A stretch of 64,000 nucleotides of DNA from Octopus vulgaris (taxonomy: Eukaryota): positions 43,152,001 through 43,216,000 of the forward strand of contig OX597830.1 in assembly GCA_951406725.2 (NCBI GenBank), given 5' to 3'. Position numbers and translations under genes: made by a program. Shown piece by piece: positions 27,070-40,342 of this stretch. Positions within the stretch are counted from its first letter, which is position 1. The number at the start of each line of letters is the position of its first letter. The notes beneath the pieces were generated by a model. The model was not told the DNA's origin. It searched no databases and was given only the letters and a program-made list of their open reading frames with translations.

Positions 27070-27519
27070 CAGTAGAACCTCACAGTATGAGTGAAACCAT
27101 TGTATGAGTAATTTGCTGTACAAGCTGAGACTTATGCAAATTTTTGTCTTGAAGTACGAGTGGAAATCCACAGTACAAGCGGAAATCCACAGTACGAGCA
27201 GAAATCCACAGTACGAGCAGAAATTCACTGTACGAGCGGAAATCCATAGTACGAGCACACAAATCGTCCCATCTTTAAGGTAATTCAGTTAATAAAACCA
27301 GTTTACATATTTCTTTTGCATTCTCTTTTTTATAATTGTGACTACACCTTTTCTGTTTTAAAACCCATAAAAAATCATTTTTGAGTGGTTTTTAGGGGCC
27401 GGAATGGATTAATTATATTTAAGTCAGTTTCAGTGGGAAAAATTGATTTGTAAAATGAGTAAATCAAAAGCTGAGCTCAGTCATGGAATGAATAAAATTC
27501 ATACTCTGAGGTAGCACTG
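27070..27519. mobile_element. Tc1/mariner-pogo (Tigger-like) MITE with an internal 19-bp minisatellite
   Basis: TA|CAGTAGAACCTCACAGTATGA...TCATACTCTGAGGTAGCACTG|TA. About 5 copies of AGTACGAGCGGAAATCCAC at about 27153-27256. Confidence 0.7.
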
Positions 27520-28583
27520 TACTTTTAAGTGCAGTCATTGCAAACCTCTTTTGATTTATTGTTGTAAAGTTTTTAGCAAAATGATGCTTTTTGCTTCGTT
27601 TTTGGATTTGGTTTGCAAGATTCTTTATGTGAGTTTGTGTGTTGAAGCATATAACTATTGAAAAGGTTGCAAGATGCAATGAAAATTTTTAAAAATTAAA
27701 AAAGAAATAAGTGGAAATTTTGCTGGTGAGTGTGTTAAATTATAAGGCACTAAAAGAGAATGACTCTCCCCAGACACAACAGAAGATGCTTTTTGCTTTC
27801 TAGTAATAACAACAGGTGTGTTGCTCAATGGTTTTGTGTATTTGGCTCACAATCATAAAGCCATGAGTTCAATTCCTAGTGACATGTTGTGTCACTGGGA
27901 GCAAAAAACTTTATTTCATGTTACTACAGTCCACTCAGCTGGCAAAAATGAGTTGTAATTCAAAAGGGCCAGCCTTGCCATATTCTGTGTCATGATGAAT
28001 CTTCTGGAGAACTACATTAAAGGTACACATATCAATGGAATGCTCAGCCACTTGCATGTTAATTTCATGAGCAGGCTGTTCTATTGATCGGATCAACTAG
28101 AACACTCGTTGTCATAACCGATGGAGTGCCAGGCCAATAATGACACAGTTAGCTCCTCTGACAACAAAAAATATTGTGGAACCAGCACAAGACTCCTACA
28201 GACCCATCCTCTTCACCAGGGGACTGACATGCAAGAATTTAGTACTGGTGTCACACAAAAGGCACACATACATACATATAAACACACATACGTACATATG
28301 TATATATGCCAGTATGTAAGTATGCATGTATGTATATACAGCCATCAAAGTTCAAAGAGTGAAAACTTGCCAAAACTGAAGCTGGTATGGTGAGCTGATG
28401 AACTGTTGATTTATATAAGATGTGAAACAAACCAAATCGAAACTAAACAGAAGAGAAAAATATGTCAAAGTATTCTAATGTATTTTCATTAGTGCAAAAC
28501 AACAGATCCCTCTTTAAGAGATCTCAATCCTCTTAAGCCATATAAACTAATAGACAGGGTTCTTAAGAAACACATCCCATATA

Positions 28584-28735
28584 CAGTTCTATATTTAAGA
28601 GATGAGGAATTATATACATTATTTACATTATTTACATTTGATGGATATTTGTCCTCATCTTGTTTGTTGGTATCAGCCGAAATATTGTGTTAACAACAAG
28701 ATGAGGACAAATATCAGTCAAATGTAAATAATGTT
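28584..28735. mobile_element. Internally deleted copy of the tRNA-head/HHR fold-back family
   Basis: Both termini (CAGTTCTATATTTAAGAGATGAGG... and ...GATGAGGACAAATAT...TGTAAATAATGT) are joined directly. Confidence 0.65.
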
Positions 28736-29457
28736 AATCTCTTCTAAGTGTTGGGGGTAGGTGAATTGGAGGTGGGTGCATTGATAATGAGAACAATATG
28801 ATCTGATTGTCAACAGGATAAACTAGAATTTACTGATGCTATTTCAGTTTATTACTAAATCTCTTCTTTTCCGTCTCTGCAGTGTTTATGCAACCAGATC
28901 AGGTGATTAATTAAACGATTTATGTGATTGGGTGTGTGGTAAGATGTTTGCTTCCAAACCATATGGTTTTAGGTTCAGTTCCACTAAATGGCACCTTGGC
29001 TGAAATGACTTCTACCTGTAGTGTTAGGTGAAGCAAAGCCCTGTGTGAGGATTTGATAAATGGAAACTGAAAGAAGCCTGTCTTATATATGTGTGTGTGT
29101 GCATGTATCTGTGTGTGTTTGCATGTATATGTCTATACATATGTATGTATGTATGTATGTATGCATGCATGCATGCATGTTTGTGTACATGTGTGTGTGT
29201 GTGTGCATGTTCACATGTCTGCACAAGTATGTGTGTATGTAATACTTTCCATTAATGTATATCTGCAGAAGAAGCAAAAGACAGTGACGAAAATCTCAGA
29301 AAACTGCTGCTTTTCAAATGAAATCCCTTGTGATAGTTGTTCTACCCTGAGTTAGAGACACTCACTTAGAAATGTTGTGAACCAGTAATTGGCTCATTGG
29401 AAATCTGTAATGAACAATGCTAGTGTTCCCTAATTGTGATATAAAATAGATAAATAA

Positions 29458-29812
29458 GGTGCAGGAGTGGCTGAGTGGTAAGTAGATTGCTTACCAGCCA
29501 CATGGTTCTGGGTTCAGTCCCACTGCGTGGCACCTTGGGCAAGTGTTTTCTACTATAGCCTCAGGCCAACCAAAAGCCTTGTGAGTGGATTTGGTAGACA
29601 GAAACTGAAAGAAGCCCATCGTATATATGTATACATATGTATGTGTGTGTATATGTTTGTGTGTCTGTGTTTGTCAACCCAACATCACTTGACAACCGAT
29701 GCTGGTGTGTTTACGTCCCCCGTAACTTAGCAGTTTGGCAAAAGAGACCAATAGAATAAGTAATAGGCTTACAAAGAATAAGTCCTGGGGGCGATTTGCT
29801 AGAGTAAAAGAG
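29458..29812 (+). mobile_element. tRNA-derived SINE family 2 with CORE-like segment and internal (TA/TG)n (other copies 5094-5487, 19927-20355, 59163-59703 etc.)
   Basis: A/B-box head (TGGCTGAGTGG...GGTTCAGTCC), CORE-like GGCACCTTGGGCAAGTG, a central microsatellite and a 3' end ...GTAAAAGAGTAAA. Confidence 0.8.
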
Positions 29813-30299
29813 TAAATAAATGAAAGTGTCATCATCATCATCATTTAACGTCTATCTTCCGTACTGGCATGGGTTGGACATTTTAACAGGAGCTGGCGAA
29901 CCAGACTGTTGACCAGGCTGCCATTGTCTGATTTGGTATGGTTTCTACAGCTGGGTGCCCTTCCTAATGCCCAAACGCTTTACCAAATGTAGTAGGTGGG
30001 AACTTATTATGCGTCCTACATATAAAAGCACAACTATTTTGAGTTTAAATGATCAGAAACATTGTTGCCTGTGTGTGTTTGACCTCAAACACATCCACAG
30101 GGTCGAGGAAACATCTGCAGGAATTTAATAAATCACTTTTTTGTTGTTTGCCTTTAAATTGAAAAAAAAAAAAAAAGATAAGATAAACCTATTTTTCACT
30201 CCGGTTAAATGAGTTTTATTACCCTGTTGCACCAGCTTCTACTAATTAGCTAGTGCTGTGCTAATTACGTCATTACAACAGTGCTGCTATTTGTTGAAT

Positions 30300-30487
30300 C
30301 ATGTGTGTGTGTGTGCATGTGTGTGTGTGTGTGTGTGTGTATGAATATACATATATATATACATATATGTACATACATATTTATATACATATACACACAC
30401 ACATATATATACATATACGCACACATGTATAAAAATATATATATACATATAAATATATATATGCATATGTATATATATTTATATATG

Positions 30488-30521
<34 letters not shown>

Positions 30522-30573
30522 TATATACATATATAAACACACATATATATGCATACATAAATACATACACACC

Positions 30574-30625
<52 letters not shown>

Positions 30626-30897
30626 CACACAAATACACACACATACATTTATATGCATATGTGTCAATTCTGTGTGTGCATGTATGTATATAAGTATATA
30701 TGTATGTATATATGTATGTATGTGTGTATGTATGTGTATGTGTGTATGTGTGCCTCTGTGTGTGTATGTATGTATGAATGTGTGTGTATGTATGTATGTA
30801 TGAATGTGTGTGTATGTATGTATGTATGTATGTATGTATGTATGTGTGTGTATGTATGTATGTATGTATGTATGTATGTATGTATGTATGTATGTGC

Positions 30898-30929
<32 letters not shown>

Positions 30930-30941
30930 ATGTATGTATAT

Positions 30942-30990
<49 letters not shown>
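30300..30990. repeat. Compound (TG)/(TA)/(TATG) microsatellite
   Basis: Direct reading. Confidence 0.9.
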
Positions 30991-31401
30991 GCTTTCACCA
31001 GAGCCAAATGTAGTTTAGGATTAGCAACAGAAAAGTAGTTCAGGAAATTAAAATCACCACCACCATCACCACCATCACCATCATCATCATCATCATTATC
31101 AATATCAATGAGTAAACAACAACAACAACAGCATTGATTCTATAGAGATTCAGTTAATCCTTTATCAGACTAAGAGAGTTCACTTCATCATCAAGTGTTG
31201 TTAATCTCGACAAGATTAAATAAAGCAAGATTAATTTGAATGCCATAACACCCACCCACCTGATTAAATATAGTGTTAATCCAAACGAAGATGGGAAAAT
31301 AAATTTCCTTAATGGGAAGACATAACATTAAAAAAGAAAAGGACACACAAGAAAACAAAGGAGATGTAAATGCTAGATGGCCAGGTGTGTGTGGGGGAGG
31401 T

Positions 31402-31440
<39 letters not shown>

Positions 31441-32802
31441 AAGACAGAAAGAGAAAGAGAAAAACAAAGAAAGACAGAAAGAGAAAGAGAGTGTGTGGAT
31501 GTGAGAGAAAGAGTGTGTGTGTGTATGTGTATGAGTGTGTGCATGAGGGTGTGTATGATGTATGAGTGAGTGAGTGTGTGAAAGAGAGAGAGAGAACTGC
31601 GTGTATGTGTGAGAGACAGACTAACAAACAAACAAACTGACAGACAGAGACAGAAGTGTGCGTGTGTGTGGGTGGTGGTGGTGGTGATGGGGGTCGTTAA
31701 TGATTAGATTCTTAATGATGATATGAAGAAAAAAAATCTGAAATGTCAATAATCTGGTCGACTTTGTCAAGGACTCCAGATTATTAAAGGTAAGGTGTGT
31801 GGATGAACGAGGCTTTAATGACTAGCTGTTATTATATAACAGTATGCACACAATGTAGATACATAACATACATCTGGAGTGAATTGTGATACTTAAGCCA
31901 GGGCACGCAATTTTATCCAAACCAAAAGCCACATAGGTTTGCATCCATGTGCAAGCCATTATTCTCTCTTTTTGTCTGTCTTGCATAAAACAGAACAATT
32001 ATATTAAAGCAGAATTTAGTATTTGTATTCATCATCATCATCATCATCGTCGCCATCGTTTAACATCTGCTTTCCATGCTGGCATGGGTTGGACAGTTCG
32101 ACTGAGGTTTGGGAAGCCAGGAGGCTGCACCAGGCTCCAGTCTGATCTGACTGTGTTTCTACAGCTGGATGCCCTTCCTAATGCCAACCTCTCTGAGAGT
32201 GTAGTGGGTGCTTTTTATATTCCACTGGCACAGGAGCCAGAGGGGGCTGGTATCAACCACGTTTGGATAGTACATTTATGTGCCATTGGCATGGGAGCCA
32301 GAGGGTGGCTGGTATCGGCTACATTTGGATGATGCTTTTATGTGCCACCAGCACAGGAGCCAGAGAGGAGGCTGGTATTTGGATTGGCACTTTTATGTGC
32401 TACCAGCACCTGAGCCAATCAAGGTGGCATGGCACCAGCCATGTTCAGATGGTGCTTTATGTAAACATATACATACATTGGACATATATACATCCATAAT
32501 TACACACACACATATATATTTGAAAGAATGAGTAGAGATGGCTTTTTTTTGAGGGGATAATTTTTATTTGAATCTTGATAACAATATCAATTACTCTGAT
32601 ATAAGCTTTGAGCTTCCAAGTAACCGTTTTCAAACATTTTGAAACAGGTTACTTGAAAGCTTGAAACTCATAAACAGAGTAACTCACTGATAACATTATT
32701 ATTAAGATTTAAATAAAAATTATCACCCCCCACCAAAAGTCATCTCTACTCATTATTTCACATATATATATATAATATTGTACCAAGAACTTTCTTTTTA
32801 TT

Positions 32803-33013
32803 GTTCTATTTTTAAGAGATGAGGAATTATGTACATTATTTACATTTGACAGATATTTGTCCTCATCTTCTTTGTTGTTAACTATACAGATCATGTATAG
32901 TCTTTGATGTCTTGATCTATTAAAAACGTTTTGGCTGATATACCCTTCAGCCTACATGAGGTGTCTTAGGGAAATATCAAAACCTGGGTTCTCGTTCCTC
33001 AGCTATTTTTAGA

Positions 33014-33074
<61 letters not shown>

Positions 33075-33264
33075 ATTATTATAATTATTACTATTATTAT
33101 TATTCAGGTCGCTGCCTGGAATCGAACTTGGAATCTTGGGGTTAGTGGCCTGCACTCTTAACCACTATGCCATATGCCCGGCTGGAGGGTATATCAGCCG
33201 AAACGTTGTGTAAACAACAAACAAGATGACAAATATCCGTCAAATATAAATAATGTAAATAATG
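32803..33264. mobile_element. Copy of the tRNA-head/HHR fold-back family
   Basis: Full minus arm including the tRNA head (about 33107-33180), plus a partial plus arm. Flanked by near-identical TTTCTTTTT(T)ATT. Confidence 0.7.
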
Positions 33265-35336
33265 TTTCTTTTTATTATTCTGCTATACACACACACACAC
33301 AAAATGGGCTTCTTTTAGTTTTTATCTACCAGATCCATTCACATGGTTTTGATTAGCCCAAGGCTATGGTAGAAGAGACTTGCCCAAGGGGCCATGCAGT
33401 GAGATTGAACAGAGAATCATATGATTGTGAAGCAAGCCTCTCTATATAAATAAATTAGTTCAATAGAACCTTGGCACATCAACATGTAGGATGCCAGAAA
33501 TGGCTAGGTACAATAACATAGGGTTCAAAGTGAGGATAGTTATGGAGGACTTGACACCTGCATTACAATTTCAATTTCTGATTAATTTCACTTGTAGCAC
33601 ATGAGACCCTCTCTTCTCATCTTTGATAAAAGGGCCCCTGTGTCAAGAATCAAATTTTTTTCATTTTTTTTCCACAATACCTTTTTAGATTCTACCTTGC
33701 CACCACATTTGTTGCTCACTTTGCTTCCTGTTCTACAGGTAGCAGTGATTTGAAACCTGACCACTAAACACTTGGTCAGACACTACAAGGGAACCCCCAC
33801 AGTCTCACATGATTGGTCTATCAATTGACCAATCGGCATGAGGCTGTGGGATGATATTGTTTTCTGGAATATTCTTCTTGTCTCCTATAAAATAAAACCA
33901 TGTTTGGCACTTTTCTAATTGCAGAGTATCAAAGGAGGCTGACTGACTTGCACCTCTACTCTTGCCATGTAGATAGTTCTGGACATTTGTGTAGACATCT
34001 CCAAGTTCTTGGACAGACCCATTCTGAACATTCACACAAGGTCTCATAAATAACTTCTATGGATGCAACATGGCTTTTCTTTCTTTTCCAGTCAGCAATC
34101 ATTTATGTTGTTCATTGTAATTCATCAACACCAAATACCTTTATGTCTGGCAATAAATATTTCAATCAAATGTTAACGAGTTTGCTTCAATTATTATCCA
34201 CAAAGCCAAGGAAATATATCTTCTTGAGCAGTTCAACTCAAACACCAACAAGCAACCAATGACTTATTCTACAAACATACATTTAATCTGCTTCTCCACT
34301 GTTTGTACACAGTTGATTAACAGTGATTTCAGCTAATAAACCCAACAGGTCTTGATAAAGTTTTATCCCTCATTCTCAAACAGAGTGCTCTTGAAATGGC
34401 CTCCCTGAGTTATCATACCTTTCTCTGCCCCCAAATATCTATCCCACCATATAGGTACTGAAACACAAGACAATGTTTCATCTCCTTAAAAATTATGTCT
34501 TTGCTTCTGTCAACTATTGATCTTTCACCCTCACTCGAAATTTTTTAAGTAAATGAAGAGAATGTAGACAGTTGTAAACAATGGTCTTTCATATCACTTT
34601 AAGCCTATTTTCCCTTTCCAGTGACAACCAGAAGAGTTTCAATTAAGTGAAATCATCCAGGGAGTCATTTATCAGTGATCCCTCATTATCCTCAACATCA
34701 GAAAAGGATTTCATTAAACTCAGAACAAGAATCTTCTGGTAAAATTGTCTACATATCAGTCCAGTCTTTCTAATCATCATCATCATCATCATCACCATTA
34801 TCTTCATTTGATGTCTGTTTTCCATGCTAGCATGGGTTGGACGGTTTGATATGAGTTGGCAAGGCTGGGAATTGCACCAGATTCCAATGTCCATTTTGGC
34901 ATGGTTTCTACAGCTGGATGCCCTTCCTAATGACAACCACTTAACAGAGTGTACTGGATGCTTTTTACCTGGAACCAGCACCAATGCTTTTTATGGGGAA
35001 CCAGCACCAATGTTTATGATTTAATTAGGAGGAAAAGTAGTGTCCCTGACATGGCTCTTTCAACAATGGTGGGAGAAAGAAAGAGAGTCATTCACAGACC
35101 ACAAACCTTGCCCAAATTCTTGCAAAAGATTGGATTCTACTGAAGCTACCTGTCAGTCAGAGTAATGTTAGAAGTGAGAAATTGAGGAACACATTAAGGG
35201 TTTCCACCTTAAATTTCTAGGATCAGAAGGATGCAGTTTCTATCATATTTCTATAAACTATTGTATCTCAGGATTATGTCCAACATACACTTTCTTCTCT
35301 ATGTTAATGAGAGTATTGGTTCTAACCAATTTCACA

Positions 35337-35405
<69 letters not shown>

Positions 35406-35854
35406 GCACACACACACACTTACGTGTGTGCAGTCTACCTTTTGACTCATTGAAACCTTCTACCTGTCAAGTGTTTGTACTGTGCAACCTTGATAAAGAT
35501 AAATATCTTACATAAGACTTGTACTAACAGTTTGTTTGGAGACCTTCTGAACAACCTGCTGACGCCCTTCGGGATCATGACAACCTTGTCTCCTTCAACA
35601 ACAGTAAAAACAGTCACAACAAACGAATATCTAGGATACAAGCTTATGGTTGGTTACATTTCATAATACATGAGCAACACACACAGCCAAACAAATAAAC
35701 TACAAACACTTTGATGATATTCTGTTGTGTCTGGGGAGAGTTATTTTCTTTTTGTACCTTATAATGTAACACACTCACCAGTAAAATTTCCACTTATTTC
35801 TTATTTTTATTTTCCTAAAATTTTCGTTGCGTCTTGGAAATTATAGTTGTGATA

Positions 35855-36250
35855 CCTGTGCCGGTGGCACGTAAAAAGCACCATCCGAATGTGGACGATG
35901 CCAGCACCGCCTTGACTGGCTTCTGTGCCAGTGGCACGTAAAAAGCACCATCCGAATGTGGACGATGCCAGCACCGCCTTGACTGGCTTCTGTGCCAGTG
36001 GCACGTAAAAAGCACCAACCAATCGTGGCCACTGCCAGCCTGCCCTGGCACCTGTGCCGGTGGCACGTAAAAAGCACCCACTACACTCATGGAGTGATTG
36101 ACGTTAGGAAGGGCATCCAGCTGTAGAAACACTGCCAGATCAGACTGGAGCCTGGTGCAGCCTCCTGGCTTCCCAGACCCTGGTTGAACAGTCCAACCCA
36201 TGCTAGCATGGAAAACGGACGTTAAACGATGATGATGAGGATGATAATGA
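35855..36250 (+). mobile_element. RTE 3'-UTR/tail copy, representative of more than 15 copies (e.g. about 6040, 10280, 10630, 14010, 14410, 15740, 20500, 32030, 42010, 44700, 49140, 57265, 59730, 61705, 63060)
   Basis: Shared sequence ...GGAAGGGCATCCAGCTGTAGAAAC...CCAACCCATGCTAGCATGGAAAACGGACGTTAAACGATGATG. This copy has an exact 59-nt internal tandem duplication. Confidence 0.8.
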
Positions 36251-37855
36251 TGATATATATATGTATGTGTGTATGTATATGTTTGTGTGTCTGTGTTTGT
36301 CCCCCTAGCATCGCTTGACAACTGTTGCTGGTGTGTTTACATCCCCGTAACTTAGAGGTTTGGCAAAAGAGACTGATAGAATAAGTACTAGGCTTACAAA
36401 GAATAAGTCCTGGGGTCAATGTGCTAAACTAAAGGCAGTGCTCCAGCATGGCCACAGTCAAATGACTGAAATAAGTAAAAGAGTAATGGTTTAATATTCT
36501 TTAGTGTATAGGGTGGTGAGCTGGCAGAATCGTTAGCATGCAGGGCAAAATGCTTATTGGTATTTCATTGTCATTATGTTTTGAGTTTAATTTCTGCCAA
36601 GGTTAACTTTGCTTCTCATCCTTTCAGGGTGAATTAAATAAGTACCAGTTATGCACTGGGGTCGATGTAATCAACTTAACCCCTTTCTCTGTCCTTGTTT
36701 TTCCCCTCTATGTTTAACCCCCTGTGGGCAATAGAAGAATAAATATTATTTAGTGTATATTGGTTTCTCAAGGAATTTTGTATGATGGCCTAATAACTCT
36801 GCCCGTCTGCTGCCCTACCAGAAGGCCTAAAATTTGTAAAGACTTGTCAATTGTTCAACTCCTCCGTAGCATTTGACTGGTTCTTTAGACTCTGGAAGGA
36901 CAAAAAGCAGAGCTGACATCTGCAGGGTTTGATCCCAGAATGTCGAACAATGCATCGAAATACTGCAAAGGATATTTATTTGATGCTTGACTGATTTCTG
37001 CCATTCCATTGCTCTAAAGCTGTGAAATATTGGTTGAAAATTTTCACAGAAGGCCAGCAATTTCGGGGGTGTGGGAGGGGGGGTAAGTTGGTTACATTGA
37101 CGAGAAAAAGATGAAAAGTAATGTCATCCTTGACAGGATTTGACCTCAGAATGTAATGATAGATCCGATGCCACTAAGCATTGTGCCTGGAGTGCTAATG
37201 ATTCTGTCAGCTGATTGCCTTAAAAGCTGGAAGAATATTAACCTTTTAACATTTAAATCAGCCAGTTCTGGCCTCTCACACCTATCTTACAATGTCATTC
37301 TAAAATGGAACAATCACATCATCAAAATCTAAAAATCTACAAGATTATGCGTGGTTAATTCAAACCAATGTGGATAAATAAGGATTAGATTTGACAGAGT
37401 AACCTAAATGCTATAGGGTTAAGGTACAACTGTGTTATAAAAACTCGATAAAGGTACAGTGAGAAAGGAAAAGAACTTGGTCTATTTTTAACACAAAACC
37501 TCATTTGGAACTATTAATAACAATGTTAACATATTGTATGTCTCTGACTTGATATATCTGAGAGCAGAACTATACAATATCATTTTACACTATACGGCAA
37601 ATATGTGAAAGATGTCTGTTGAGCATGAAGCCTCATAGCAGTTTTGGTTTGATTCTGAGGAATATAAACACCACAAACAAGTCAATAAAGGTACTCTATG
37701 TAATATCCCTTGTCATGGTGACATTTTAAGAATGCCGCCGACAGCCGTGGTCGACTGCCAATACAGCTGTAATGTTCAGCTGCAGTCTTATGAAGCTGAC
37801 TACTTCCAAGTTTTTGACATTATTTTCTGTCTCTTTCTTTCTCCCCCTTCACCTC

Positions 37856-37949
<94 letters not shown>

Positions 37950-39273
37950 CCCTGCCTCTCTCCTCTCTCTTTCTCTCTTGTCTTCTGTTCCTCGGCAAAT
38001 CTAAATGCATAACATTTTTTTCTAATATTTTTTACAAGAGATATTGCTGTAATTTTGGTAGAGATGGTGACACCTCTCAATTGCAATAGCTCTTCATATT
38101 TCACCAAATAAAACTCCCTCTCTCTCAGAGACACACACACACACATAATCTATTTTTATACAATAAGGTCCTATGTGATGAGCAAACAAATCTGTATTGC
38201 CCAGAATGCATCAAAACGAAATCTAAAGACCTAAAGTCTTCTATTAATACAGTGCTACATTATTTATAATAATGGTAATTGCTTCCAGCATGAATACAAG
38301 ACCAGAAATTATAATAGTTTTAAATTTGGGTGAGGAGATTAAGTTGATTACATTGACCCCAGTGTTCAACCCCAATCTTGAAATAAAACTGAATGACATA
38401 CATACATACATATATATATATTTCTTTATTGCCCACAAGAGGCTAAACATAGAGGAGACAAACAAGGACAGACAAAGGGATTAAGTCGATTACATCGACC
38501 CCAGTGTGAAACTGGAACTTTATTTATCGACCCCGAAAGGATGAAAGGCAAAGTCGACCTCGGCGGAATTTGAACTCAGAACGTAACGGCAGACGAAATA
38601 TGGCTACGCATTTCGCCCAGCGTGCTAACGTTTCTGCCAGCTTGCCGCCACATATATACAGATATATATATAATCATACGATTTTGTATGTATATATATA
38701 TATATATATACATACAAACATACACTTATACACGCACACGCATATAGACACACATGTGACAGGCTTCCACACAGTTTCCATCAACTAAATTCACTCATAA
38801 GGCATTGGTTGGTGCTACAGTAGGACTGAACCTGAAACCCTTTCGTTGCAAAGGAAGCAACGAAAACCCACAGCCACACCTGCAGACGAGATGGGTTGTA
38901 GCATTTGTTTTGGCTGTCCTTGGATGGTAATCAATCATCCACTTTAACCCATTAACTGCCAAAGTTTTGTATTCATACCTTTTGGCTTTGTCAGGTGTCT
39001 TAGGAGTTAAAATATAGTATTTAAATATATAGTATTTAAATTTTCTTCATATGCGAATTATTTTGGAAATTACAAATTTTACGAAAAGTCCCAAATTGGG
39101 ATTGCTGAAAAAAAGCATATTTATCCTTTTCTATTCAATTGCAATAATAAACATTTTAGTTTTTTTGAAGCTATAGTATCAAATGTGAATGTGTATGAAA
39201 TACACATCAAATATAAATGAGAAATGCAAAAAGAAAAAAAAATACCTTTTCAAAACGGTCAGTATTTTTGTAG

Positions 39274-39709
39274 AAAATTACTATTTGTAAATCTCACAAC
39301 GAGAGATATTCAGCAACAGTACCTTTGGCGTAAAGATTATTTGCCAGCATAACATGGCAGTCCTGGTTTAGGATGAATGTTGCAGTAATTTAGTCCCAGG
39401 AGACATCGTCTCCAGCTGGCTATACAACATGATCTGTGTCCTTATATTTCAAACAAGGGAATCTAGTACCCCAACTCATCTCAAAACAATATCTGTGTAT
39501 TACGATTTCCGGGTTATTTCCCTTCATCAGCACAGAATAATTATTTGGCTTGAGGTGGTGCTGCCAAATTCTCATTCGAAATATATAGTTTTCAAAGGTA
39601 CAACTAAGTCACTGATCTATAAATTAGAAAATTACTATTTTTAAATCTCACAACTTGAGATATTCAGCAACAGTACTTTGGATAAAGATTGTTTGCCAAC
39701 ATAACATGG
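39274..39709 (-). mobile_element. Non-coding HHR-bearing element with terminal direct repeats (retrozyme/Penelope-like); related inverted fragments at about 2279-2480 and 54488-54677
   Basis: An about 90-nt direct repeat occurs at 39271 and 39625 (period 354). The duplication CAGTATTTTTGTAG lies at 39260-39273 and 39710-39723. There is an internal HHR. Confidence 0.7.
39492..39536 (-). ncRNA. Minimal type I hammerhead ribozyme fold
   Basis: Reads TCTGTG-CTGATGA-aGGG-aaataa-CCCg-GAAAT-cgta-AT-A^CACAGA, with a perfect 6-bp stem I. Confidence 0.7.
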
Positions 39710-40106
39710 CAGTATTTTTGTAGTTCAAAAATTGTGATTTATGATACAAAATCTCCTCAAGAATTAGTGCTATGTTTATTTTTTTTTCATTTGTCTAGCT
39801 TGTAAACATTTAGCGTGTTACTAAGTTGAGAACCCCAGATTTAGTGGTAAGACGGTTTGATGCCTATTTTTAGTATACAAGAGATCCTTATAGTGATCTC
39901 TCATATTGTTTATGTTTTAATAATGACAGACTTTTGACTACTAAATATTGTTAAACACACCTCTGCAAATGCAATGTGCATAAGAAATTCACTACGAACA
40001 ACCGGCAGTAAGACTGCTTTTAGCGGATCCCCAAATAGGGCTCATGGCAGGCAATGGGTTAACACCGCTGCCAGCTCTTTGGTTGTGTTTAGCAGAGAAC
40101 ACTGTT

Positions 40107-40280
40107 CAGTTCTATATTTAAGAGATGAGGAATTATGTACGTTATTTACATTCAACAGATATTTGTCTGCATCTTGTTTGTTGTTAACACATTTTGGCTG
40201 ATATACCCTCCAGCCTTCTTCAGGTGTCTTGCAGAAATTTCGAACCTGGTTTCTCATTCCTAAGGTATTTTTCTATGTTG

Positions 40281-40342
<62 letters not shown>

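Noticed and set aside
27153-27256. Regular 19-bp repeats resembling a CRISPR array
   Set aside because: The repeats are head-to-tail with no unique spacers, lie inside a TA-flanked MITE, are in a eukaryotic context, and have no cas genes.
33500-34780. Non-repetitive-looking stretch that may be a decayed LINE or a nested gene (similarly 3600-4130, 8330-8750, 25620-26030)
   Set aside because: I could not support a continuous ORF, splice pattern or diagnostic motif by eye; a BLASTX or Dfam search would be needed.
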